NCBI GenBank assembly: GCA_964615975.1
Contig: CAZTTH010000017.1
Coordinates: forward strand, 2,139-66,138
Direction of reading: 5' to 3'
DNA: 64,000 nucleotides
Source of the DNA: an uncultured Lentisphaerales bacterium
Lineage (GTDB): Bacteria > Verrucomicrobiota > Lentisphaeria > JABSQK01 > JAJFLO01
Below, in pieces: positions 16,868 to 27,150 of the stretch. The translations under genes were made by a program, and so were the position numbers. Under the pieces are notes generated by a model. That model saw only the letters and a list, made by a program, of their open reading frames with translations. It was not told the origin of the DNA and made no database searches. Positions within the stretch are counted from its first letter, which is position 1, and each line of letters starts with the position of its first letter.

Positions 16868-19567
16868 ATGAGTGTCATTCAAAGAGGTGTAATTCCGGCA
16901 TATATATTTACCTGGATATTTCTGTTATTGTTTACCTATCCATTTGCGGTTATTCCATTTCAGTCGGTTTCCCTGCATTATCACATCAGCATACCTTCTG
17001 AATTTATTCTAACCTTGGGAGCTGTTGCGGTTATCCTATCTACCAGTCATTCGCGCTCATGGTTTTTGACCCTCATTATTGTTATTTTTGTTGCTTCAGT
17101 TGGCTTTAATTTCGTTCTTTATCGTTCTTATGAGATCGAATCGATCGTATTGATTGGCTATATGCTGATCCCCTACGCGATCGCGATCGTCATATCCCAA
17201 CATTCATCCATTGATTTTTATTCCATCAGTAAATTCGGCTTTTTTTTCTGGCTTTCACAAATACTTCATGGATTATGGTCATTGTCTAATGGCGATGAAG
17301 TAATCGGCTTTGCGGGAAACAGGAATTGGATGGCGTCGTTGTTATTGTCCCTGTCTCCCTGGGCCTATGGATATACAAAATATTTGATCTCATTACAACG
17401 ATTGAATTTTACTGAAAAATCACCCATCAAGAATTCCTTGTCATCTTTCATCTCATTGTGTTTGACCGCAATCCCAACCCTTTATTTACTCCAACATTGC
17501 GCGAGCAGAGGTGCCTGGCTCAGTCTATTTTCAATATGTTTACTTGTCATTTTAGTGAAATTCTTTTCAGCCATCAAGAAACGAATATCACTGATTACCG
17601 CACATGGTTTTGTAATCCACCTATCGCTACTTCTAATTGGCATACTCTCATTTTGTTTGCTGGGATTAATCATAATCACTTTGATTTCAGTCAGTTTATC
17701 TCCAAGCAATATCAGAAAAATACAGACTGCGATCAAGGAGGATGTACGTTTGCCATTATGGTCAGCCACAATAAAGTTAATTGCCGATCATGATTGGATT
17801 ACTGACAGGCTGTCAGTAATCCTGAAGGGCAATGCCGCTGATTCCACTCCTCTAAGAAGTGTGTTAGGTGTTGGCCCCGGCCAATTTACCAAACATATCG
17901 CTGAATATAGAAGCCGCTCATCCTATCATGAAAGGTCGGTATCAGCTCCAGTCACCATTCACCCCCACAATGAATTTCTCAATATTGCCTCACAAATTGG
18001 CATATTGGCAGCCGTCGCATGGCTATTGGGATTATATCCATTGATAAAGAATCTGAATGCGGAATCGGGATTATATCAATATGCTTGCTGGAGTGGTCTG
18101 GCGGTGTATCTGCATGGATTTTTTGATATGACGCTGGTTCAACCACCAGTGAATCTGGTGGGCTTTTTTTGTCTTGGTATTGGCTGGAAAAAATGCTGGT
18201 TTACGACACCTTGCCGAGATCAAATGAAAAATGGATGGCTGCGGATTATTCATAATCTGCTAATCATCATCATTTGTACAGTTTTAATTGTCATCGGAAC
18301 AATAGGGGGATGGATGGATATTAAAACCGATGTCAATATCCGCAAAGGCTTGATTGCCGATGCCAGGGGAGAATATGCTCAAGCTTCATCGTACTATCGT
18401 CAGGCGATTCATTACCAACCCAAAAATCTCAAGGCATATCTCTATCTGGCCTCAGTTGAACTTGATCATTTACATCATCCACGAACCGCGCTCACTTATT
18501 TATTAACCGCTCACGCTCTGGATCCAGATTTTTCACATATTAATGAACGTATTTTCAAGGCCTATAACCTTATTGGAGAATTGGATAAGGGGTTTCCCTA
18601 TATTATCAGAGAGTGTCAATTGTATCCCGCCTCGATAAGTGCGTTTCAGCTTTATTTCATCTCATTGGTTTTTAAGGAAGATTTTAATCGCTTAAATCTG
18701 GTTGATGAAAGGTTGCGGAAATTATATCTCAACAATGTTAGTCTTGGATTAAATGAGGAAATGATTCTTAACACCCTTCGGGAATGGGGAGTGGAATTGC
18801 TCAGCAATAATCAAGAAAAATGTCTGCGTTCAGCATTCGTTATGGGACAAAATATCAATCTGGGATTTATTGATCCGTTATACTTTTTTATTTTTTCTGG
18901 CAGGGACGATACCATCATCAACTCACACCAATTTGTTGCGACTGATTATGCATATTGGCGGGAACTGGGATTACTCCTCGATTTACGTAACCGGATGATG
19001 GATCATGCCCCGATTACATCCATGAGCGATGATGAATTCATTGATAAAATCAGGTTGTTCTTCAATCAATTTATCCGCATCAATAGCGAGGATCAACAAA
19101 TTATATCGCCCTCACAAGTTTGGGCAAGACACGGTGGAAATCTAATCTCCTGCCTGGGGTTCGCACATGCCGTCATCTATCAATGTGGATTTGATCCCTT
19201 TTTAATCATTGATGAGAATCAGAACCCACTTCGTTTCATTTTGGTAAAAAATAAGCGGATTTGGGAATTGCAATGCGAGGTGTTGTTACAACAAAATAAT
19301 TGGGTGTGGGAAGAGCAAAAATCAATCGCATTAGCCGCATCGGAAAGAGCAGTAATGATGTTTCAGCCGGAAGAATTTTTACTGAAAAATCAAATTATTG
19401 GAACGATCATATCGTTTTATAAAGAGAAGGAATTTCCTCGTTTTGATGAAATTCCGATTCTGCGTTTACTTCAAGTTTTGAAATTCCTTGATCCGGATAA
19501 GACTGACATCCACTTGGAGGACCTGGAAGCATTGTGTTATAAAATTTATATCCGCAATCTCAGATAA
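16868..19567 (+). CDS. O-antigen-ligase(Wzy_C)-domain membrane protein with a C-terminal TPR-like region (paralogue 2)
   Basis: 'CASRGAWLSLFSICLL', 'HPHNEFLNIASQIGILAA', TPR-like 'GEYAQASSYYRQAIHYQPKNLKAYLYLASVEL' and the shared C-terminal 'FQPEEFLLKNQII'. Confidence 0.65.
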   Translation: MSVIQRGVIPAYIFTWIFLLLFTYPFAVIPFQSVSLHYHISIPSEFILTLGAVAVILSTSHSRSWFLTLIIVIFVASVGFNFVLYRSYEIESIVLIGYMLIPYAIAIVISQHSSIDFYSISKFGFFFWLSQILHGLWSLSNGDEVIGFAGNRNWMASLLLSLSPWAYGYTKYLISLQRLNFTEKSPIKNSLSSFISLCLTAIPTLYLLQHCASRGAWLSLFSICLLVILVKFFSAIKKRISLITAHGFVIHLSLLLIGILSFCLLGLIIITLISVSLSPSNIRKIQTAIKEDVRLPLWSATIKLIADHDWITDRLSVILKGNAADSTPLRSVLGVGPGQFTKHIAEYRSRSSYHERSVSAPVTIHPHNEFLNIASQIGILAAVAWLLGLYPLIKNLNAESGLYQYACWSGLAVYLHGFFDMTLVQPPVNLVGFFCLGIGWKKCWFTTPCRDQMKNGWLRIIHNLLIIIICTVLIVIGTIGGWMDIKTDVNIRKGLIADARGEYAQASSYYRQAIHYQPKNLKAYLYLASVELDHLHHPRTALTYLLTAHALDPDFSHINERIFKAYNLIGELDKGFPYIIRECQLYPASISAFQLYFISLVFKEDFNRLNLVDERLRKLYLNNVSLGLNEEMILNTLREWGVELLSNNQEKCLRSAFVMGQNINLGFIDPLYFFIFSGRDDTIINSHQFVATDYAYWRELGLLLDLRNRMMDHAPITSMSDDEFIDKIRLFFNQFIRINSEDQQIISPSQVWARHGGNLISCLGFAHAVIYQCGFDPFLIIDENQNPLRFILVKNKRIWELQCEVLLQQNNWVWEEQKSIALAASERAVMMFQPEEFLLKNQIIGTIISFYKEKEFPRFDEIPILRLLQVLKFLDPDKTDIHLEDLEALCYKIYIRNLR

Positions 19568-19610
19568 TCGTTATGGATTAAGCAGACTCAAGTCACATGC
19601 GCCCTTCGTT

Positions 19611-20861
19611 TCAGAATGAGTACATCAATCGAGCCCAAAAAACTTCTTCGTCCTGAGTAAAATTGGAAATACCCTTTCTTTGGTTATCAACTTCATTGTA
19701 CCAAGCCAATTTAATCTCTCCCGCAAGCTGGTCGGTAAATTTTCTGGTTATATCCACATCAATTTCATTTCCGAATGGGCCGTTATAAATTCCATCTTCG
19801 TTTTCCAATGCATTAAAAATATGATAAACAAAAACGAAATCGGTTGCGAGAATGGTCATTCCCAATTTGAAATAAATTTCCTCGATGCCCTCTTTGATAT
19901 TTCCTCCATTGGTGGCGGTGAATTGATCGGCCCATCCCTGAAATTTATGGGTTGTGCCAAACAATGTATCAAAAGGTTTGTCGCCGCCATCCTGACCCGA
20001 AATTTCGTTATATCCAATTCCTATCGAGGCTAGGTCAAATTTTAAGCCGGTGAATGAATTCAACATATATGCCTGATGATTTTCGCCCTGCCGGTAATCC
20101 CCTTGCCGGGCATAGGTAAAATCATACAGAAAAATATCGGCATAAATACCATCAAGCCGGCCTCCATAGGTTGCAATATCGCGTGCTGATTTCGTATTGT
20201 TTTCGCCGTCAAGCAAATAGGTGAAGGCGGTAAAGTGATGATTGGGATCATACTCATAACCGACATTCAGCAACAGGAGATGATCAACGTCAGTATGCTC
20301 GAGAAAAATATCATTAACCCTGAGGATACCCGCACCCAATATATTAAGTTTTTCGATTGGGTTATAAGATAAAGTAACGCCATCAAATGACTGGCCATTT
20401 TGTCGCCAGCCGACATTGCCGATGAACCGTTGATCGTCAAGGAGGATTTCCAGTCGTCCTGATCTCACTCTGGTCTCAGGAAATCCATTAAATTCAATGT
20501 ATGCTTGATGAATGCGCTCGCCATCAGGGTCAGCGATGACATCGCGTCGAAGGTTGCCTCCCCTGCCAGACGCATTGAAGTCATCGAGGATGTTGATAAG
20601 GCTATGAAACTGGAGATACACATTGGTATCGTGGTAATCAGCAGTGCGATATCCCAATCGTGTCTGTAAATTTATCCCTTCACCATGAGGATGTTGCGCG
20701 GCATCATCCAGGTTCGAATATTCATAACTCAGGCGTAAGTTCAAACTGACCTTCCCTTGGGTTAAAGCTTCTTCAATGCGTGACACTTCATTTTCAGCCC
20801 GCAATGAATGAACAATTGTTAAACCAATAATTATGGACAGGCAAACCTTTTTTATTCTCAT
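19611..20861 (-). CDS. Outer-membrane beta-barrel protein (porin/exporter-like)
   Basis: Signal peptide 'MRIKKVCLSIIIGLTIVHSLRA'. The sequence shows alternating beta-strand-like periodicity rich in Y/G/N/D. The C-terminus '...WARLMYSF' ends in an aromatic residue. Confidence 0.5.
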   Translation of the reverse strand: MRIKKVCLSIIIGLTIVHSLRAENEVSRIEEALTQGKVSLNLRLSYEYSNLDDAAQHPHGEGINLQTRLGYRTADYHDTNVYLQFHSLINILDDFNASGRGGNLRRDVIADPDGERIHQAYIEFNGFPETRVRSGRLEILLDDQRFIGNVGWRQNGQSFDGVTLSYNPIEKLNILGAGILRVNDIFLEHTDVDHLLLLNVGYEYDPNHHFTAFTYLLDGENNTKSARDIATYGGRLDGIYADIFLYDFTYARQGDYRQGENHQAYMLNSFTGLKFDLASIGIGYNEISGQDGGDKPFDTLFGTTHKFQGWADQFTATNGGNIKEGIEEIYFKLGMTILATDFVFVYHIFNALENEDGIYNGPFGNEIDVDITRKFTDQLAGEIKLAWYNEVDNQRKGISNFTQDEEVFWARLMYSF

Positions 20862-20919
20862 GATCCTAACCCTCCGTTTTATTTATCGAATCGATGAAAA
20901 AAATACAGTATCCAAGGGG

Positions 20920-22308
20920 TTAATTCTCTGGATTAACCATGGTTTCCGGTCGCACCCAGTGATCAAATTCAGTGGCGGTTAAAAATCCCAGAGCTATGGC
21001 AGCTTCTTTTAGAGTTAAATTTTCCCGCCATGCCTTGAGCGCAATCTGAGCTGATTTATCATATCCAATGTGTTTGTTCAATGACGTTACCAGCATTAGG
21101 GAATTGTTTAAATGAAGGGTGATACGATCATGATTGGGATTGATGTCACTGACACAATTATCATTAAATGAATTACAGGCATCGGCGAGTAAATTTATTG
21201 ATTGTATCAAACTGAAAGCCAAAATCGGCTTGAACACATTTAATTCTAAATTTCCCTGCGAACCGGCCATGCCGATCGTCGCATCATTGCCGTAAATCTG
21301 GCATACGATCATGGTAACCATTTCACATTGAGTCGGATTTACCTTGCCGGGCATGATCGAGCTTCCCGGTTCATTGGCAGGCAAAATGATTTCGCCAATA
21401 CCACTCCGCGGGCCGCTAGCCAACCAACGAATATCGTTGGCAATTTTCATCAGGGCTGCCGCCAATGTTTTCAGGGAACCCGAACAGTTAACCACCGCAT
21501 CATGCGCTGCCATGGCGGCAAATTTGTTTCCGGTTACTTTGAATGAGTGTCCGGAAATTAAAGAAATTTCTTCTGCCATGCGGATGTCAAAACCATGTTT
21601 GGTATTGATTCCCGTGCCAACCGCGGTGCCGCCAATACATAATTCGGTCAAGTAAGTCAATGAGTCACTTATGACATTATATGATTGTTTAAGTTGTGCA
21701 GCATATCCGGAAAATTCTTGCCCGAGAGTCAGAGGGGTTGCATCCTGAAGATGCGTCCGACCGATTTTAATAATATCGTTAAATTCCGTTGCTTTTTTCG
21801 CAAAACTCTTTGATAAGCGAAGCACGGAAGGCAAGAGCTTTTCCTTGATCGCAATCAAGGCGGCGATATGCATTGAAGTAGGGATCGTATCATTCGTGGA
21901 TTGTGACATATTGACATGATCATTGGGATGAACTGGTGATTTAGAACCAATTTTTCCTCCCAGTAACTCATTGGCACGATTGGCAATCACTTCATTCACA
22001 TTCATGTTCGTCTGTGTGCCACTGCCGCTTTGCCATATGACCAGGGGGAAATGCCCAGCGAATTTACCATCGATGATTTCATCGGCCGCCTTAACAATTG
22101 CGTCAGCCAGGATTTTGTCGAGTAAGCCAAATTGATGATTTACGATGGCGGCTGCTTTTTTGACTAATGCATGGGCTGCGATAAATTCGGCGGGAAACAA
22201 TTCGTGACCAATCGGAAAATTTTCAACCGCTCGTTGCGTTTGAGCCCCATAATATTTGTCATCGGGGACATGAACTTCACCTAATGCATCTTTTTCGATT
22301 CTCATCAC
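20920..22308 (-). CDS. fumC: Class II fumarate hydratase
   Basis: The fumarate-lyase signature '[19 protein letters not shown]' matches the FumC type, not AspA. The N-terminus reads '[30 protein letters not shown]'. Confidence 0.85.
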   Translation of the reverse strand: MMRIEKDALGEVHVPDDKYYGAQTQRAVENFPIGHELFPAEFIAAHALVKKAAAIVNHQFGLLDKILADAIVKAADEIIDGKFAGHFPLVIWQSGSGTQTNMNVNEVIANRANELLGGKIGSKSPVHPNDHVNMSQSTNDTIPTSMHIAALIAIKEKLLPSVLRLSKSFAKKATEFNDIIKIGRTHLQDATPLTLGQEFSGYAAQLKQSYNVISDSLTYLTELCIGGTAVGTGINTKHGFDIRMAEEISLISGHSFKVTGNKFAAMAAHDAVVNCSGSLKTLAAALMKIANDIRWLASGPRSGIGEIILPANEPGSSIMPGKVNPTQCEMVTMIVCQIYGNDATIGMAGSQGNLELNVFKPILAFSLIQSINLLADACNSFNDNCVSDINPNHDRITLHLNNSLMLVTSLNKHIGYDKSAQIALKAWRENLTLKEAAIALGFLTATEFDHWVRPETMVNPEN

Positions 22309-22328
22309 ATTTTCTCTCCTCTGCTATT

Positions 22329-24014
22329 TCAGTTGATTTCATCAGTAACACAACCTTCAGAGGCTGACGACACATTTCTGATGTATTTAAATAATATTCC
22401 ATTGGTCACCTTTGCAGGCGGCGGGGTCCATTTATTAAACCGTGATTTGATCACATCATCCGGCACATCCAAAGAGAGGAGATTTTTTTCCACATCGATC
22501 ACGATCATATCACCATCCTGAACAATTGCCAAAGCGCCGCCGGTTTGTGCTTCCGGAGTAATATGTCCGACCACAAATCCATGAGTGCCCCCAGAAAATC
22601 GCCCGTCGGTAATCAAGGCTACCTTGTCTCCTAATTCCGCTCCCATTATTGCCGCGGTTACAGAGAGCATTTCACTCATCCCGGGCCCTCCCTTGGGACC
22701 TTCATAACGGATCACCACCACATTGCCGGGTTTGATTAATTTCTGTTCGATCGCTTTCAAGCAATCTTCCTCTGAATCGAAAACCTTGGCAGGACCGGAA
22801 AATCTAGTGCCTTCCTTTCCAGTTATCTTGGCGACAGCTCCGTGTTCTGCTAAATTGCCAAATAGGATTTGCAGATGTCCGGTTTTTTTGATTGGACTTG
22901 AGACCGGAAAGACAATTTTTTGCCCTTCTAATAATCCTGGCAGGGATTGAATATTTTCCGCGAGTGATTTGCCGGTGACGGTTATGCAGTCACCCTTTAG
23001 CAGGCCTTCCTTGAGAAGTAGTTTTTGCACTGCCGGCACACCCCCGACATAATGGAGTTCTTCCATCACATGTTTGCCGCTGGGTTTGAGATCTGCCAAG
23101 TATGGAGTGTTGTCACTGATGCGTTGAAAATCATCCAGATTCAATTTGACATTAACGGATTTAGCCATGGCGATAAGATGAAGTACGGCATTGGTAGATC
23201 CGCCGAGCGCGATTACAATTGCTATGGCATTTTCAAAGGCGGCTTTGGTCATGATATCACGAGGTTTAAGATCGAGTTCCAGCAGGGTCCGCATGGCATT
23301 TCCCAATCGGCTGCATTCGAGCTGCTTGTCATTGCTGATTGCCGGATTCGATGAACTATAAGGCAGCGACATACCCAGGGTTTCAATGGCTGATGACATG
23401 GTATTTGCAGTATACATGCCACCACATGCGCCAGCTCCTGGACATGCATGTTTTAATACTTCCTTGAGTTGGTAGTCATTAAGTTTGCCGGCAACATATT
23501 GTCCATAACACTCGAAAGCAGAAACAATATCTAATTTTTGCTCATTTAATTTTCCCGGTTTGATTGTGCCGCCATAAACCATGATGCTGGGACGGTTGAC
23601 TCTTCCCATGGCGATCACCGAACCAGGCATATTCTTATCACAACCGACAATGGCGATGTTGCCATCATACCATTGAGCGCGCATGACAGTTTCAATCGAA
23701 TCGGCAATTATATCACGGGAGGGCAATGAGTAATTCATTCCTTCTGTCCCCATTGAGATGCCATCACTAACACCAATGGTATGAAAGATAAATCCGACCA
23801 AGTCAGCATCCCAAACACTCTTTTTTACCTGAGTCGCGAGTTGGTTCAGATGCATGTTACAGGGATTTCCTTCCCAGCCGGTACTGACGATACCGATCTG
23901 CGGTTTGTTCATATCGACTTCCGTCAATCCGACCCCATAAAGCATGGCTTGCGAACCGACTTGAGATTTTTCCTGGGTGAGGCGGGAACTGAATTTATTC
24001 AACTTTTTATTCAT
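22329..24014 (-). CDS. ilvD: Dihydroxy-acid dehydratase
   Basis: 'GCDKNMPG', '[16 protein letters not shown]' and a C-terminal 'SGGT' region. The 561 aa length fits. Confidence 0.9.
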   Translation of the reverse strand: MNKKLNKFSSRLTQEKSQVGSQAMLYGVGLTEVDMNKPQIGIVSTGWEGNPCNMHLNQLATQVKKSVWDADLVGFIFHTIGVSDGISMGTEGMNYSLPSRDIIADSIETVMRAQWYDGNIAIVGCDKNMPGSVIAMGRVNRPSIMVYGGTIKPGKLNEQKLDIVSAFECYGQYVAGKLNDYQLKEVLKHACPGAGACGGMYTANTMSSAIETLGMSLPYSSSNPAISNDKQLECSRLGNAMRTLLELDLKPRDIMTKAAFENAIAIVIALGGSTNAVLHLIAMAKSVNVKLNLDDFQRISDNTPYLADLKPSGKHVMEELHYVGGVPAVQKLLLKEGLLKGDCITVTGKSLAENIQSLPGLLEGQKIVFPVSSPIKKTGHLQILFGNLAEHGAVAKITGKEGTRFSGPAKVFDSEEDCLKAIEQKLIKPGNVVVIRYEGPKGGPGMSEMLSVTAAIMGAELGDKVALITDGRFSGGTHGFVVGHITPEAQTGGALAIVQDGDMIVIDVEKNLLSLDVPDDVIKSRFNKWTPPPAKVTNGILFKYIRNVSSASEGCVTDEIN

Positions 24015-24061
24015 GGTGACAAACTTTCATCGTTATGTGATTGTGGTGATTCTCGCGGAAT

Positions 24062-24754
24062 TCACCGATTACTTTTCATTTTTTTTGCTTTTTGATCGGG
24101 ATAAACATTATAAAAGAGTTTAGCGATATCATAACTGGCGTTCCATATATGATCACAGATTAATGTTGCTCTATGGTTATCTCTATTCGCCAGGGTAGCT
24201 AAGAGTTGTTTTGCAAGTTGATCTCTTAATTGCTTTTTAAGTTGCACTTTCAGAGCTGATTTTTGATCGGGGTAACAATAAAACCTGAGCATCCCTCGCC
24301 CTTTATTAATTTTATTCCAATGGTGATTATTGAACTCCAAGCACAACACACCACCCTTTGCAAGTGTATCGTTGAAGTCTTTATTAAGAAACTGGGCCAA
24401 TCCTGATAGCATCGGATCATGACCAATGATCATAGCAGATTGATTGCGCTCATCAATCTTTGACAAAATATTCAACAAGCCATGAATTGATTGATTATCT
24501 TCATATATTGAATCATCAATCATGACATCACTTTCATGATAGTTGAATTTTCTGGCAAATATACTGGCTGTAGCTTTGGCTCTTTTGGCAGGACTTGATA
24601 TCATGATACCGGGAACAGTACAACACTTGGCTAGTTGATTGGCTATTCTAACCGCATCCTTTTCGCCTTTTTTGGTTAACTCGCGATCAAAATCGGATTT
24701 ACCGGTGGTTTGATTTTTTGCTCTGGCATGCCGGACAAGATATAATGTTTTCAT
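24062..24754 (-). CDS. Histidine-phosphatase superfamily protein (SixA-like phosphohistidine phosphatase)
   Basis: 'LYLVRHARAK' (RHG-type motif with Ala) and 'MIIGHDPMLS'. Its stop overlaps the ParA gene start (ATGA at 24754). Confidence 0.5.
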   Translation of the reverse strand: MKTLYLVRHARAKNQTTGKSDFDRELTKKGEKDAVRIANQLAKCCTVPGIMISSPAKRAKATASIFARKFNYHESDVMIDDSIYEDNQSIHGLLNILSKIDERNQSAMIIGHDPMLSGLAQFLNKDFNDTLAKGGVLCLEFNNHHWNKINKGRGMLRFYCYPDQKSALKVQLKKQLRDQLAKQLLATLANRDNHRATLICDHIWNASYDIAKLFYNVYPDQKAKKMKSNR

Positions 24755-25512
24755 TAGAACGAAGTAGTGGACGTAGTAAAGGTTAAGATTTCATGCCATA
24801 ATTTGCGGTAGCTTTCTGATGCCGGAGAACGGGGTGCGCTCACTAGTACCGGTTTTCGATGCACCCCCATTTTTTCTATATCAGATAAGTTTCCTATCGC
24901 GGTTTGACATACGGGTTGGAAATGTTTTAAGACATACTCCATGGTACTCACATGCATGTTTTTACGTTTCTCGACCAGCGAAAAAAATGTTATGATACGT
25001 GAGCGTTGGTATCCGTTTTTAGCGAAAAATTCCAATAATTTTTCAAATGACCTCAGGGATAACGTGGTTGGGATCATTGGAGACAACAAAAAGTCGACAG
25101 CCGAAAAGACATTTTCTGAAACAAAAGTCAGATTGGGCGGACAATCAAGAAAGATATAGTCGTATTCGTTCTTAAAGGGCGCGATAATTTTTTTTAATGT
25201 GGATTTCTTTCTCTTGTCTTGATCAAATGAAATATCCAGATTGCGAAAGGAGAAATCCGCGGGCAACAAATCCAGATTTTCGAAATCCGTCCCCTTGATG
25301 CTTTTCTCCAACAGTGAGCCTCCCTTAATAAACGTCTTTTTTCCTTTTTTGATTTTGGGTTTCACACGCAGATAAAAGGAGGTGGAACTTTGGGGATCCA
25401 AATCACAAATCAAGGTACGAGCTCCACTGTTGGCAGCCAGATAGGCTAGATTAACGGTAGAGGCGGTTTTACCGACACCACCTTTGATGCTATAAAGCGC
25501 GTAACTTATCAT
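24754..25512 (-). CDS. ParA/MinD-family P-loop ATPase
   Basis: Deviant Walker A 'YSIKGGVGKTASTVNL' and 'LICDLDPQ'. Confidence 0.7.
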   Translation of the reverse strand: MISYALYSIKGGVGKTASTVNLAYLAANSGARTLICDLDPQSSTSFYLRVKPKIKKGKKTFIKGGSLLEKSIKGTDFENLDLLPADFSFRNLDISFDQDKRKKSTLKKIIAPFKNEYDYIFLDCPPNLTFVSENVFSAVDFLLSPMIPTTLSLRSFEKLLEFFAKNGYQRSRIITFFSLVEKRKNMHVSTMEYVLKHFQPVCQTAIGNLSDIEKMGVHRKPVLVSAPRSPASESYRKLWHEILTFTTSTTSF

Positions 25513-25523
25513 AACTAAATCAA

Positions 25524-27071
25524 CTACTGAGATTTAAATGTCGACTGATATAATTTGCTGGTTTTGGGAGAGTTGAAATCATGGACAAATCCGGGGAATT
25601 CATGCTTGACGAATCTTCTCTCATTTTCTAAGTGTCCCAGTGAACAACCCAAGGCTAATAGAGTGCGTTTGTTTTTATTATAATTGACTGACCGATAGTC
25701 AATATATTCATGAATCAGTTTAATTTGTACCGCAATATCCTGCAACCGTCCTGCGTGATTTTGAAAATTCTTCAGTTGGGTTAAAATTTTTCGTGTTGCG
25801 GATACACCATATAGCGGACTGAATACCTCTATCATATAGCGAAGCTTTTTTAATTCGATCCTTAATTGATGAAACTTGCTGTCAGTCAATTTGTCATTCA
25901 ATAATTCACATATCCTTTTTGCCTTTTTATAGCGTTTAAAAATTTGATTACTGACCGGTGACAACGGTGGCGAAGGAGAATTTTGCGATTGTGCTTCATC
26001 GATTTTATGGAGCTCTAAAAAATCCTCAAATTCTTCGAGTATCGTTAAAAATGTTTTGGCCTTGAGTATAGCAGTTACTTTTTTCAATTCCACTGCGTGG
26101 AGGTCATCAATCCACTTGAAGTATGAGTTCAAATTATGGCTCAGATAGTGGGGAAGATGATGGTAGTATGTTGACTTGTTAAGCAGGAGGATTTGATAAT
26201 CCCGCAAGGAGTTGGTTTGCTTCGTCAACTGATTTAACGTCCTTCGCATCTTGTTCACCTTCTCCAGCGGGTAATGAGATTTAAACTGGCCTAATAAAGA
26301 ACGAGATCGTCTGATCGCGACCCTGAAATCATGGAGAAATTCGCTATCAATATTTTGGCAAATTCCAGGTATGTTTACGCGCATGATACGTAAGTAGTTG
26401 TTGAGCGTAATGTGGATAACCTCCCGGAGATTCAAATGGTGAATTGGGGCAGGTTGGCTTATCGCTTCATGATCTTTGCCGGGAGAGTTGCCTGCAATAT
26501 TCAATGCCTGTACATAAATCGTATTATCCGCAACTCTACAGCCATGAGTTTTTAAGATTTCAATCAAGCGGTTGCTCTCCTCATCATAGCCCCTGATTTT
26601 GACAAGAATCAAATATGAAATTAAGGGCGTGAATTTTCTTTTGGACAAACAAAGTTTGTTATCTTCACGTTGCATCCGCGCTACTGTTTTCGCGTAATTG
26701 TCAATCAAGCTGTAAGTTGTGGTACTTTGTTTCACTGAAAACAATTGTGATAACGCCCGGATTGATACCCATGACAATATTTTTTTTTTCACATACCCCT
26801 CAGGAAATTCCGCGACGAATTTGGGCGGCTCTTTTATGAGCGCATTCCCGATGCTTGCATGATCCTTCAGGGAGATAAGACGAATTCTATCGCCATCCCA
26901 GGTCAATGTTTTATTCTGTTGATTCAGTCTCCAATCAAAAGTGTCGTAATACGCAACATTCGCTCGCCTGACAGGGTGAGTTTTCACCTTGAACAATGAT
27001 GAAATAGCGATGATCATTTCCTCCCAGTTTTGCTCAGGAAGAGATGAAAAATAAATCAAATTATTGCGCAA
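25524..27071 (-). CDS. CHAD-domain protein; the N-terminal domain is possibly CYTH-like
   Basis: The C-terminal half has CHAD signature repeats 'HDFRVAIRRSRSLL' and 'HQLRIELKKLRYMIEVF' (H-x2-R-x3-K/R-x-L-R). It lies next to ppk1. Confidence 0.6.
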   Translation of the reverse strand: MRNNLIYFSSLPEQNWEEMIIAISSLFKVKTHPVRRANVAYYDTFDWRLNQQNKTLTWDGDRIRLISLKDHASIGNALIKEPPKFVAEFPEGYVKKKILSWVSIRALSQLFSVKQSTTTYSLIDNYAKTVARMQREDNKLCLSKRKFTPLISYLILVKIRGYDEESNRLIEILKTHGCRVADNTIYVQALNIAGNSPGKDHEAISQPAPIHHLNLREVIHITLNNYLRIMRVNIPGICQNIDSEFLHDFRVAIRRSRSLLGQFKSHYPLEKVNKMRRTLNQLTKQTNSLRDYQILLLNKSTYYHHLPHYLSHNLNSYFKWIDDLHAVELKKVTAILKAKTFLTILEEFEDFLELHKIDEAQSQNSPSPPLSPVSNQIFKRYKKAKRICELLNDKLTDSKFHQLRIELKKLRYMIEVFSPLYGVSATRKILTQLKNFQNHAGRLQDIAVQIKLIHEYIDYRSVNYNKNKRTLLALGCSLGHLENERRFVKHEFPGFVHDFNSPKTSKLYQSTFKSQ

Positions 27072-27150
27072 TTAGATCATCCTTTTTCTTCACTTGAGAA
27101 TTTATTCAGGATGCTGGCAAGAATAAGAAAGCATGGCATTGATTTCTGAC

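Noticed and set aside
20920-22308. An alternative call of aspartate ammonia-lyase for the fumC gene
   Set aside because: The signature reads '[15 protein letters not shown]', which is the fumarase C type. AspA has 'GSSIMPAKVNPVVPE'.
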